Shown: positions 1-12,430 of the stretch, piece by piece
Position numbering within the stretch: the first letter of the stretch is position 1
Layout of the letters: every line of letters begins with the position of its first letter
Source: Oikopleura dioica
Taxonomy: Eukaryota; Animalia; Chordata
Length of the DNA stretch: 64,000 nt
Assembly: GCA_907165135.1 (NCBI GenBank)
Contig: OU015568.1
Coordinates: 11,842,001 to 11,906,000 of the forward strand
Direction of reading: 5' to 3'
Notes under the pieces: generated by a model
What the model was told of the DNA's origin: nothing
The model's database searches: none
The model's input: only the letters and a program-made list of their open reading frames with translations
Translations under genes and position numbers: made by a program

Positions 1-660
1 ATGTTATTTATTTGGACCCGTCTTATTGAAGAGTTAGTACGCAACTTTGGAGCCGGTTTGATCTGCTCTAAGCATATTTATCACAAACAAAATGCAGCCA
101 AAACTGGCCAAATACGGTAAAAAGAAAGCAAAGACAACCGAGTAATTAAACATGTCTGGCTTCCGAGCTTGAAAATCAAAGAAACCTTGCATTATGGGAC
201 CGATAGAAGATACTTACCATTATTTCAAATTCATTGACCTTTAACCTTACGAAAAAAAAATGATTCTGGAAGGGGTTTTTTATGTTGATGATTGATAGGG
301 CGCTGTATATTGATACTGATTTCTTGCCAGACACACTTGGCTTTTTTAGAAACTTGGCTCACTGACGTTGAATACAGATTCTCCTCATTTATCTTAGGAG
401 AGATCACATGCTGATTATTGGGTTCAATTGGAACTAATAAGTTTTGTAGTCAAAGATTGTTTTTGTTAGGATTTTAGCATCTTCAATTATGACTCTGTTT
501 AGTGCAAACACTTTCAATAGATAACCCCGTCGATAGGCAACTTTGGGCACAAAGGCGACAAAAGCGCCTTTGGTCCAGTTGTGTGTATTCAGAAATCTTT
601 CTAGAGTGTTTCTGTTATTTGAAGATCGTTGGGAAGTAAATCTCATTCTTGCAGATTTTT

Positions 661-1387
661 ATGCCACGGCTCGGTCCGGCGGATTTTCCCTGCCCTGAGC
701 CGGTCGGCCTCGTGCAGGACGCAGATGATTATCAGAGACAGTTTGATGTCAAGAACTTATTCGCAGAAAAAGTAAGTACGAAAAGCGCTGTGAATGGAAA
801 CCATAAGATAATCAAACTGGCACGCATTGAGTATTTTTCTCGATAGAAATTTCTCACTCATAAGTGATCTCACTGGAGCATCGTAACATTGCTTCAGTTG
901 TTTTTTACCGTATTTTTACTGCCCCAAATAAGTCGCACGGGGCTCTCTTTTCAAAAAAAAATATTATTTATTTTATATAAATAAATATTTGTCATTTATT
1001 TTTATCCTATGGTTCCGTATTAAATAAACATTATAAAACACCTTATATTTTATAAAGGATATAATACGAGAAGTGCGAAATGACAAGAAAATGCTGATCC
1101 AGGCGGGAATTCCCCAAAGCGCAGAAGAAATCAAGGAAGAGTTGATGCGCGAGATCCCGCCGCCCGAAAAGCACGAGTACGTCCAAGACATTCGAGACAG
1201 CGTCGCCACCTGTAAGAGTCTTGTCGACGATTTCATCTTCCGAGTAATGCAAGAGGACAAAACAATCAGGACGCAAACGCCTATGCTGCCGTTTTTAATC
1301 AACTCGGTTGAAATGAGAAAGAAAAGACTGGAGATTCAAGAGAGAGCCATAGAAAATGCAGCGGCTTCAGGGAAAGGGTTGAAATGA
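661..1387 (+). CDS. Two-exon hypothetical protein (~146 aa); may instead be the 5' part of the FAM227-like gene
   Basis: Acceptor ttgcag at 654, ATG 661, donor AAA|gtaagt at 771/772, acceptor ataaag at 1057; exon 1058-1387 is in frame (phase 0) with track ORF 1073..1387 and ends in TGA. No family recognised. Confidence 0.55.
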
Positions 1388-1586
1388 AAATGAATGAAAA
1401 AAACCATAAAAATCGAAATTCGTCCATCTATAAATATTTTTACTGAAAATTAATCTCATAAATTGTCTTCGTTATTATATTTTTTAAAAACACATTTCTC
1501 AATATCTTATATTTTTGACATCCCCAAGGGGATTATTTACGCTAAAAAGCTTTTCAACCCTTGACCAGCAAATGTATACATTCTAG

Positions 1587-3646
1587 CAAAAGACAACGAC
1601 ATACACAACTACGATTACGAAAAGTACCTCGAAGACCTCGAGTTTCCACCAAACATTAAAATCCAAAGCATCATCAACCGCGTTCTAAATACAAAAACGA
1701 CCCTCCATCGCCTTCGAAAAGCGCCGCAAAACATCATGAACTCAAAAGAACTTCAAAATCTATCGAACGCGTTTCTCTGGTGGATCTACGAGCGAGAATT
1801 CGGCCAGTGTCGGCGAGAGTTACTGAACGAAATCTATAGAAAAATGGCGTACTCGTTTGTTTCGCTGCTAAACATTCAAGCAGGGAACGCCCGCGACGAC
1901 ATTCTAGACCACCTGCCGACCATCGTCGCCCAAATTGTTTGGCTCGCGCTCTGGCATCAGGAAATCGGGCTACATGTGTCTCCGGAAATCTCCAGATTTT
2001 TGTCAGAAAAGTCATAATATAATATCTTTACAGATTGAATGAATACAGTGAACAACGTTATCCACTATTCTTTTATCTGAGGAATCAACCCGTTCATCTC
2101 TTCAGCTATGGCTGTCAAGGAAAAAAGGTGAGCGTCTTAAGAGTCCTCAGGAACTTAAACCGCTGATATTTTTATTTGTTGCCCCTAAAAAGGGGTCTTT
2201 TTATTTCGAGTCTCATCACTGAAGTATCATGTTGTTTTTTACCTCAGCAGAGTAAGATACCCAGCAGGAAAGGATTAACCTTTTTCCGGAGAGGCCTGTA
2301 ACCCTAGCTGAGTTTACCGACGACTGGGCAACACTGGCTCGGCCCGTATTCTTATCGGCTTTGGTGCACGATTGTTTTATGCAAATCTCGGGCACACCAC
2401 CGGAAATCGCTTGTTGGAGACACTGGCCTTTTATTGAGCTTATAGGAACGCGCTTTTCAGTGTTTTCAAAGTTATAACCTCTTTTTGAGGTGAGCAAATA
2501 ATAACAAAAGATATTTTTGTGTGTTAGTTATTGGATAATGTTGGCATAATGGCATGAAACAAAATCATTTGATAGAAACACTGGTTTAGTAAAAGAATAA
2601 ATATAATATCAATAAATTCATATTATGGCGCTCTATTTTGAAGATAAAGAACTGCCCCTCAAATTGGAAAGGGCTATTAATTTTGCAGATTTGAGATTGT
2701 TAGCTCTAGAACAAATAATAAAGCGCTAGAAAAGAAAACGAAGAAGAACCTATCCCCGTGGAAATCCAAACATTGCTTGCTACCTCCCCTCAAATCATCC
2801 AACACAACCTTCGCAAATTTAAACCCAAGTCAACCAATCTCGACGAGGATGAAATCATAGAAAAGCCAAAAACTAAAGCAGAAAGAATCCTCGAAAATAC
2901 TGCTAAGCCTTCCAGTGAGAGTCTGCTGTCTCTTGGAGACGAAAGTACTGTGGCGACTGAAAGTGTCGATTTGAGAAGCGAAGCGCCGCCGAAAATGATG
3001 AATTTTGTAACGAAAAACTTCGATATCGGTAAGTCCTTCTTTCCTTTGCTATTCGAAAATGATCGAATAAGGGACTCACTCACCTTTGTATCGTTACCTT
3101 GTGGAGACGCGTCGGACATTCCAGAGGAAGGCGAAACGAATTGAGCTGGGGATCATCCCCGACATTCGCGGCTTCGAGAGCAAACTCAACTTAGCCGACC
3201 AAGTCGTTGAGCATGTGAAAATACAGAAAAATCGCGGGAACGAGCAGATAAAAGAAAAGCGAAAACTCGATGTTAAGGAAGTCGACAAGATGAGAAAAGA
3301 GTAAGTTTTCATGAAAATTAGCAAGAACCATAATTCTTATTTTTTCTCCTTGAATGAGGTTTTTCGTTCAAATTTAGTTGAATGGAAGTTTTTTTTTTGT
3401 TTATTCTGATATTGCGTAGCCAATACTACTATTTTATTGTAAATTTTTCTGTCCCAAAATCGGGGATCTTCTTTCAAATTCAACTTCAGAATCGCAACTC
3501 TGAGCAAACGAATCGAACACGCAAAAAGAATCAAAGACAAAGACCTTCTCAACACGACGCTGAAAGAAGCAAACGCTTTTCTCCAAGAGCAAAAAGCCGC
3601 CGAACTCCTGCGCGAGCACCAAAACAAAATGCCCATTCCCGAATAA
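1587..3646 (+). CDS. FAM227-like (FWWh domain) multi-exon gene; 5' end uncertain
   Basis: SNAFLWWIYEREF...RKMAYSFVSLL...DILDHLPTIVAQIVW (1736-1965) and LFPE...FMQISGTPPEIACWRHW (~2280-2420) follow the order of FAM227 motifs as I recall them (SFWWWF, RISESYVTLF, YPDCLAQAIY, AFPE, WCSGLKP..FWIHW). Later exons at ~2730-3030, ~3150-3300 and ~3490-3646 (TAA 3644-3646). Confidence 0.6.
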
Positions 3647-3741
3647 AGCAATTATTTTCAAGTTTGTCAAGTGTTTGAAATTCAGGTTCAGGCAAGGAAG
3701 AGATGTTCAGGAAGAGCGTTTTACAACGTGCTGTGAGAGAA

Positions 3742-6700
3742 TTATGCACGATGCCGGTTGTCTTGGAATTTTGAGTAGTACTCCCAGTCCAAAAAGTTGT
3801 CAGGACCAAATGGGTCGAAGTCCAGGTTCATTTCAAAGGGGTCGGAGCTTACGAAGGGGTCAACGAAGGGGTCCTTAAAATTGAATCAGTTTCAAAGCTT
3901 AGAACAAAGGAAAAACTAACGGATTCAAAATCTTCTAGTTGGCGGCTAGAAGATAGCGCTTGCGATCTTGTGCTCGTGTCAGCTTTGCATCCCGCTTGAA
4001 TGAGGTCAACGATCTCTTGACCGGCTTCCATCAGCTGTCCGAAGTCGTCATAATGAAGAAGATGCTCGGCATCTTGAGCAAAGTCCATCTAAAGAAGAGT
4101 TTAACGATTCTGTTTTGAGAGCAATTTTATCTATAAATCCATCGGAAAGAGAGTTATTTGCTTCTCGCATGAGAAAAACATCATGACCTCGTTAAACGAA
4201 AATGTTTATAGTAATACGTTGAAAACGTTAATGTCCTTTACCAGCTCAGATTTATCGGCATCAGCGACTCCAACGGCGATTCGCATTCTCGTTATTTCGC
4301 GGAAATAGTCGAATGTTTTCTTGTCGTAATATTTCGACCGATCACGTGATTCACCGTCGGACAGAATGACGAAAACAGTGGCGCCTTCCTGTTGAAAGAG
4401 CTTTATAAATGTTTAATAATCATTTCGTAAAAGTCCCAAATGAAAGCATTCCTTGTTTTGAACTGTCGGGAGTTTGTCGAAAATTCCGTCGTCTTTAAGA
4501 AGCATCGAAAGAGTTTGATAGGTATTGGTTCCTTGAGCTAAAAATGGGTTAAATGGGTTGAAATGGTAATGGAGACTTTTGCTGACAACACAAAACAAAA
4601 GTACTTTAAAATGCGTGCGCGGCAAAAAGTTCGTTTCCTAGCGGAAACCGCAGTCGCCTATAAAAATGTTGTCTAACATGACTATTAGTGTTTACGCTAA
4701 AGGCTTAGGTTCATCAAGCATAATTCCAAGCAAATTCCTGCAGTTTTTCACTTATTTTCGATAAAATTGAAACTGAATTTTAAAAAGCTCAATTGTGGAT
4801 AGAAATTCTTCATCTTTTAGGTCTGAAATTTTAGGAGTGGCCTGGTCAGGTAATCACCATGTAATTCCCTGTTGGTGAATAATTCTGGACGGGTGGCACG
4901 CGCGGTCATGTGATGAACCCCCCAGTGGTCAAATAAATTAGGGAAGAAAGTCATTAGGTGTCGTACCAGATTGTTTTGCGGCGAGAACGGCGGCCTTGAA
5001 ATCGTCAACGGAGCCCTGATCGCCCGGATCGAATCGCCCCATAATCTCCTGTGGAATTGCGCCAGTAGCAGGGTTCATCGAGAAATCTTGGAACACGATT
5101 GTTGATGACTTTTCTCGGTCAGCTGGGGAGATCTAAATTGAATAAAATCAGCTTTTCAGCAGAAATTTATAATTTTCTCAGCTCTTTTGCATTTCTCTGG
5201 CGAGGATTCTATTACCTGATCAACAAGGTTAGTAACCCAGGTGAGAACTTTAGGCCAGTCACGAGATGATACAGAATCGCTTCCATCAACCATAAACACC
5301 ACATCGACAGGTTCTTCACATTCGAGTGGCTAAAAGTCTGAAACGTGCGTCTTTAAAATATCCAAACCTTGACAGTGATTCCACCACCCTTTCCAGCAGA
5401 ATTGCCGCTTCCACCTCCGCAATCAGCTGATCCACAATTCAGCATGCAGTTGATAACGTCCATGTTCTCATTCATCCATTCAACAACAATTTCTCGAATG
5501 CTCGTGCTCAATGTCGACACAACCTCATCACTAAAAATATCTCCTTTACATCATCAATTCTTCGATCCGAAGTCACCTATAGTATGAGGTGAGGTAAGCC
5601 TTCCACTGTTCGGTCTGGAAGCCGTGTTCTTCCAGGAACTGGTCCAAAAGAAATCGGAAGATTGCGCATCCCTGTCCGCCGTTGATCCAAGGTTCCTTAT
5701 CTGGTCGTTCGCTGCGCTAATCGCCTCGGCCACTGATTCTCGTCGAAGACGATGCATTTCTTGCAATTTTTCCATTCCCATGCCATTTGCTTCACGTCGC
5801 AACCGAGTGTTAGCCACGTTCAGTAAGACATCGCCGGGTAGACCTGGCTGGCCTTTTTCGCCCTTCTCGCCTTGTTTGCCATCCGGCCCATTTCGTCCTT
5901 GATTGCCGTGAACACCGCTGTATCCTCGGATACCAGCATCGCCTTGTTCTCCTGGAGGACCAGTTGGACCTTGTAGGCCGACAACACCAGGGTTTCCATC
6001 CATACCATCGCCGCCATCGGGACCTATTTCACCACCAGTACCAGGTAGACCGGGACGACCACAAGGACCACAAGGACCTGGTGTGCCTCTCGGGCCAGGA
6101 GGACCAGCAGGGCCATCAACACCATCTTTTCCCGGGTTGCCAGAATCACCACAAGGACCTTGAGCTCCATCACAACCAAGAGCACCTTCCTCACCAGCTG
6201 GTCCTCGTGGAAGGTCACATTCACAATTACACGGCTTGCAGCCGCCATTGTGGTAGCACTCTTTCTGTCCGACAAAGTCAAAAACGTCACGAGCAGCTGA
6301 GCCGGCTCTGGATCCATCAACGACAAAGTCAGATAGTGAAGTTAAGTGCTCTACATCCGGACACATGACGTATCCTCGGCGACAAGCGGGAGAGTCCATT
6401 TGAGTCAGCGTAACAGCGCCGATCTGAAATCAGGAATAAGGGACCAATCAGTAAGTTATATGGGCAACGGGCACATCTAACACGATTCTATACTATAAAA
6501 CATATCTGCCGACACTTTTAAGTTTTCTTGGCGAGCCCTATTCTATAGCCTTTAGCCTATAGGAAACCAAAGTTCATTTTTGTCTTGTAAATCATATCGC
6601 CCATGAAAGGTCATTTTATCTTTGATGAAGGTAATTAAAAAAAAACCATGAATTATTTTAATGGTCCTGTTTATGGTAATGATGCGATTAGAGAATTATT

Positions 6701-9324
6701 GGTACCTTAATATTATTTTCATGAGCGGCTTCGATTGCTTTTAGAAGCGAGCTGGATTTCTTCTTCTTAGCACCATCGGAAAGCACGAGCAGCAGTCTTC
6801 AAGTGAGGATTCAAAATATTTTTCCCGATAACTCGGAAAGGAAAACGTGCGAGAAAATCATTTCCAAAAACTTCAAAATTGAACCCTTCCTGGTCGGTTC
6901 AAACCCAAGATCATCTCTTTCTTCTTCAACTGCTGGCAAGTGCGGCTCCTTGAAAAAGTCCAGTGCTCGTTCAATTCCCACGCCAAGATCCTGTTCATCA
7001 TCATTCTCAAAGGCCCACTTGTTGATGGTACCCGACTCGGATGAGATTTCATTAATTCGTCGAAATCTCCAAAATTCTGGACTTGTAACAAAACACTCAA
7101 AACCCATGTCACCGGAGGCCGGAGTTGCGCGTCTCACAATTTCCAAAAGATGCGTCCTGAGAACACATCAAAATACGGGTATCATTCTGCTAAAAAAACC
7201 AAAATTTTGAAGAATAAAGTTAAGATAAAATCTCCTTTCCTTGAAAATATTCTCAATTTTATCTGGAATGTCACTTGCTTTGAGTTCATCAACAGAGTCC
7301 AAAAAGCTCAGGCCAGTTTGAATTTCATCGTTTTCACTAGAAAATCCAAACACAGCAAACCTGGCCGCCTTTCATTTTTGCTCGTGAATTTGAACATTTA
7401 TGGATGAACGATTTATGAGTCCGTTCAGGATCCAATAATCCTCAGCGGAAAGGTCACAAAGAGGCCCCCGACTCTGAAAACATTCCTGAGACACTTTTGG
7501 TTTGTAGTGTGAAACTAAAGACATTTATCAAAGGTCAAATACGGCTTCGTAATAACTTTTCAAAGCTTTAAATTTATATTTCGAGCAATTTCCTGTCGAT
7601 TACTGCCATAGCCTAAGGTCGTTGAAATTTCATTCTCCAGACGAGACAGGAATTCCGCAGCGCTTTTTTCCTGAATATTTTTTTCAGAAAATGATGATTT
7701 TTCTTTTATCGTAATAAAAAATTAACAAAGCGAAAATCCAAAAGTCTGAGTCTTGAGTCACGTTCGTTTGAATCCGAAAAACCGAACTTTTAAGCGGTGT
7801 ATACAGGATGTTCGACAAGTAAACATCGATTTTGCACCCTAGCTGGCGGTTTTTTTTTCTCAAAAACATCGCGTTGCGTCACGTTTTTCGCTCCCCCTTT
7901 CAACTGAGTACTTCTAACGTGGTCTTGTATCTTTGACAGATCTTCCATGGAAGATAGAATTCTGGAATTCGCCTTTACCTTTTGCTCTGTGAAATACTGC
8001 ATATCGATAGCGGCAACAATGTCGGCGGCGCACGTTTCCCTAAAAGAAAATTATTTGAGGATGTTCCCTGCACTGCTTCAAAGTTTCGTTATTACAGACA
8101 TGGCTGAAATACATACTGTATATTATACAGTGTATAAGAAAATAAGTCGGTAAGGTACTGACTATCTAGCCTTTGCTTTTTGGCGGAAGAATACCGGTGA
8201 AAGCAAGCCTTTACCCGGGATTTCAAACATGTCTCCACCCCCTGTAGACATCTTTTTTCCATTGACCAATCACAAGCTTGGAGGGCCTTAGTGGCAGCGT
8301 AACCCCGGATTTGAGTCTGCTTTCACCGGTAGATAGAGATATTTGGCTTTCAAAGTTTACAGCATCGATAATTGAAGTCTCAATCGAAAAATTGCATCTT
8401 GTTCAGAAAAAAAAGATGGACGGGAAACGGATACAAGACATAACTGCAGCTGACCTAAGAGAGCCTCCTTTTTTCAAGGTTTTTCAATTTCGGACCGCAA
8501 TTATGTACTTGAAATTTAGGTTTTCAAAGGGCGAAACGGTGAGGCAAAGGAAATTGCATTTGATGATCTGCCAATTTTACCAGAACATTTTTCTGATCAT
8601 AAGTATGCGTGAACCGATATTAAGAAATTGGACAATTTAATATTCAAACAAATTAATAACTATATTTCAAGATATGCGCATCGAGAACATCAGCTTGAAA
8701 TCGACGCTCAAGAAAAGGATTTTCCACTGAAGCTACGTTTCGTGGATAACCGGAATTATATGTGGACGGTTTTCATGAATGAAAAAACTCGTTGCTCTTT
8801 CGTAATTGGCGCGTGTGTGAATATGGAATTTCAAGGGAAAGGAAACCACTCGGTTCGATTACCCGGTGATTGCCGAAACTTTGAGCTAACTATTGCATAT
8901 CAATCAATGACCAAAAAGCAAAGGTAACCCTAACCCTAGGTGATCTTGAATTATTCATCCTAGCGGCTGGACAAGAGCAGGACCTAGCCCAAACTGCAGA
9001 AGCTCCAAAACATCTTTCAGGCACGTGATGCGAGTGGAAATACGCGAACTTATCAGGCCCGTATTGACCCTAACCCGCCGATTCTCATATTGAACTTTGC
9101 GAGTTTCCCAACACTGCATAAGAAATCAATTCTCAGAAGCATAAAAATACTTCTTCAGCAAAAATGAAGCTTGAAATAAAGATTTTTGAATACCTCTGAA
9201 TATCAGGAGTACATTTTATTTCGCATTTACAGCTAGCGGAAGAATATCCTCCCCGGGAAGCGGCTAACCATCCAGGAGCAGCGGCAAGGCTAAGGCTCGC
9301 CAGGGTAGACGGTAAAATCTTCAT
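3742..9324 (-). CDS. Collagen VI-like secreted protein: signal peptide, vWA domain(s), short triple helix, coiled segment, vWA, acidic DPF tail
   Basis: Exon 9194-9324 MKILPSTLASLSLAAAP (signal-like) joins in phase 2 to the exon at 8103 (HVCNNETLK...TCAADIVAAIDM, vWA strand 1). vWA-like exons at 6811-7470. CKPCNCECDLPRGPAG precedes the Gly-X-Y run, and INCMLNC...ECEEPVDVVFMVDGSDSV follows it, a collagen VI-type arrangement. Stop TAA at 3742-3744. Confidence 0.75.
5827..6204 (-). other. Collagen triple-helix coding block, 41-42 uninterrupted Gly-X-Y triplets with 4 Cys, inside one exon
   Basis: Counted directly in track ORF 5554..6399 (GPAGEE...GLPGDV). Confidence 0.95.
8278..9093 (+). CDS. 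Nested antisense 4-exon gene, possibly C2-domain-like; start uncertain
   Basis: Three GT-AG introns (41 nt, ~60 nt, 40 nt) give one continuous frame (PPFFK|VFKGRNGEAK...HKYA|YAHREHQLEIDAQEKDFPLKLRFVD...FVIGAC...KQ|SGWTRAG...RFSY*). It lies inside collagen intron 8104-9193. Confidence 0.55.
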
Positions 9325-9727
9325 CGTCTTATTCGGGTTTTGGCGTCGAAAAAGCTTGTATTTAATCGCAAACAATACTCCAACTTGTTCTTTGACCTCC
9401 AAAAGCACTCAAAATTCCGTATCATACTACCCCATTAAAACCCCAGTCCTGATTTCTTCTCTAAAGAGTTGTCAGACAATATCTCTTTGAAAATATGTTG
9501 AGAATCGTGAGTGGCAACAATTCGTTAATAGCTAAGCTGATCTGTGGGTACCGAATCAATTTTACGGCCACTTCAAAGTTAATGGCGGACATTGAAAAGT
9601 TCTCAAACATAAACAAATATATAATAAGGATGCGCTTTGCCGCAGTCTCCAGGAAGCTATATCTTCTTTCTCACAGTCTTTGCCAAAATACAACATCACA
9701 CCTTAATGTCTCCGGCTTACATTTTTA

Positions 9728-10389
9728 GGGGGTGGTGGTCGAGACTAAGACTTTTTTCAACCTAAAAAACTCAATTTTTTTCAAAAAAATTTTTTTTTCT
9801 CTAATTGAAAATAAGTTTAAAAGGGTCCAATTTATGTGGGCGGCTATGTTTGAAAAAAATATTTCTTCGGAAAAATGGTTAAAAGTTTCTTCAAAGTCGA
9901 CCCATCTCTTGACCTAAAAAACTCTATCCCCTTATTATTTTTTTCAAAATAAAACTTACCGAGAGGAAAGTTTAAACCCTTTAGCGTGTGGGCGGCTAAG
10001 TTTCAGAAAGTCCACCTTGCTAGAAAATAAAATAGTAATTGAATGAAAACATGTTGTTTTCTGAAAAATCGTCATTTTCACTCATTATTCAATGAAATTT
10101 TCGAAAACATCATAATAATCGTAATTTTTTCACCTTTTATAATTAAAATTTTATCGAGAAACATAACTTCGCAATAAAAAATCAAGTTAAAATTTGTTTT
10201 AGTACGAATGAAGCGTTTCAAAATTCCCGAAAATGGCGAATTCATAGCATAAAATCGAAAATTTTCTTCAATAAAGTTGGTCCAATCAAAAAAAGCTAGG
10301 GACCAAAAATGCTCCTTTTTTATCAAGGAATCTAAAAATAGGATCAAAATTTTAAAAAGTCGAAAAAAATTTTCTCGACCACCACCCCC
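9728..10389. mobile_element. Non-autonomous DNA transposon (MITE), 662 bp, TTAA-type target, Kolobok-like
   Basis: Perfect 17-bp TIR GGGGGTGGTGGTCGAGA (9728-9744 / 10373-10389); flanks TTTA and TTAA; AT-rich non-coding interior. Confidence 0.8.
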
Positions 10390-12311
10390 TTAAAGCTCAA
10401 GTAAAAGAACGGTTTTGACGGTTATAAAATTCCTAATTCGTTTTTTTAAATAAATGCTCAAGAGTAAAAAAAAAAGAAAAGTCAGCGAAATAGCAAACGT
10501 CAAAACTTCATTTGTTTTATTGATCAGTCGCTGGCCATTAACTCTAAAGTTTTAGGGTAGGAATCGGAAGTATAAAGCACGCTCTGATCAATTTTCATAA
10601 ACATAAAATATTTGTTGGACCTGATGAATCAGCATTTTTCAACTGTGACAGTTTCTGTTCCCATTTTTATGGGAAAATTAGATCACATGTTGCCAATCCC
10701 ACAGTACCTCACTCATTTGCGGCCAATGCCTTCCTCCTAACAGCTCACTAATTTACCATATTTCATCATCGACGTTCTATGCTATCGGGCGAATCTGTTT
10801 CATCAGCATCTTATCCATCGAGATACCAGTATGCGTTGTACATTAATAATTATCTACTCCAAGCAAATACCACTACGTAGCGTTAGAAAACTTTCAAGTA
10901 CACGCGTTGTTGAACATCACCCTACCGTCAACTGATTTCCGCAAAAAGATCAATTCAAATCGTCAACCGCGAATTTCATATTTTGACACTTGACTATCTC
11001 GAAATTCTGACAGTGTCAAGCTTAATCGAACTCAGCAGCGTTAAACCGCGTCAAGAATCATTAGAGAAAATCAAAGAAGCTTAATCGAACAAGCACTAAT
11101 TAACCATGGTGCATGGCCTGCTAAGTTGCTCGATTCTCGCGCCAATGACCCTGTTGATAATGTCCGACAGTAGCTTGTTAACATCAAAAAGACATCATCG
11201 GTCAGTTGAGTTTAAATAATATTGCGTCAGAAGTAAATGAGCGTAAATTGCGATTAAAAACACCAGCCAGAGCTGGTTTCAAGAGATAAACTTGAGCTAG
11301 AAATCGAATTTATTTCTTTTTAACTAGCCGGCAATGATTTTAGAGGAAATAGACTCACTTGAGTTTGTTTTGATCTTGCAGTTTATGCAATTTTCGTTTT
11401 GAATTTTAAATGATATGGCCGATAATACCGTAAACTATGGTTCGTTTTGGGACTTAAATTCAGATATTGCTATCAGGGTTAATCACCATTCAGCGTTCAT
11501 ATAGATTTTGATAATAAATAAACATATTGAAAGTGTTTAGATTTATTCAAAATATACAAAAGAAAGAAATAAGTGAAAATATGCTGAAGAAAAGTGTGTT
11601 ATTCATCAAGTGCTGGGGACGGCGGAGGAGCTAAAAATGGAACGTAACATGCTTGTAGAGAGTTGTGATCAAATTATGCTTTGTAAATTGTTGTTCGTGT
11701 AAATCAGAATATATGGACTGGGAAATCAAATGACTCCAAATCAAGAAGTGGTTGATGGAAATTTTAGTTTTGTGCAAATTTTAGCCAATGAGCGCCCTGG
11801 AAATATAGAGAAGCGCCATCGAGCGGTTATGGTTGTGCTCTGAGCCAATCAGATTGTAGAATTTGGGGAGAGGTAGAAGTGATTCTAGAGCCGTCTGAAA
11901 TGGGATTAGATTCTTAGTTTTTGTACTTTGGAACATGCTTTCTTTTGTTGTTGGGTTAGGTTTTACTTCAATAGTTTAATTTGTGGCACTGTATAAAATG
12001 GGTTTTGCTCGGAAAGGATAAGTTGGTGATATAAAGTTTTTAAGTTGATAGGAGATTAATTATACTTTGGCTAAAGATTGGGCAGGAAATTGAGCAGAAG
12101 TGAGTTTTTGCGAGTTTTGAGGTGCGCATTTTTGAGTAAGATGGAAATAAATTATTTTTTTTGTAGCTTTTTTGTCCGCGCGGTGCTCAATCAGCTGATG
12201 ATAGGAATCCAGCGGAATCGAATGAAGCGTGAATTGGTGGAGCGAACACCCGAAGCGACTCGAAGCGGATTTGGAGCTCGTTTTTGAGTTGATGAGGGAT
12301 GAGAGCTACTG

Positions 12312-12430
12312 TTACTTTTTCCGGCCGAAAAGGCTGCGTTTTTTACTCTTGCTTGAGCGGGACGGGGATGGTGATGCTGCAGCGTTGTCGGTTATTGCGC
12401 TCCAGAGGGATGAGTTCTCGGGATCTCCGC
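12312..12430 (-). CDS. Beta-spectrin terminal coding exon
   Basis: Acceptor tttag at 12431-12432, phase 1, encodes GGDPENS...[11 protein letters not shown] then TAA. Confidence 0.85.

Noticed and set aside
5964-6368. His-rich 134-aa ORF and Val-rich overlapping ORFs
   Set aside because: Alternative-frame and antisense products of the Gly-X-Y codon periodicity.
8925-8937. TAACCCTAACCCT telomere-like motif
   Set aside because: Only two units, and it begins at an intron donor (AG|GTAACC); chance-level.
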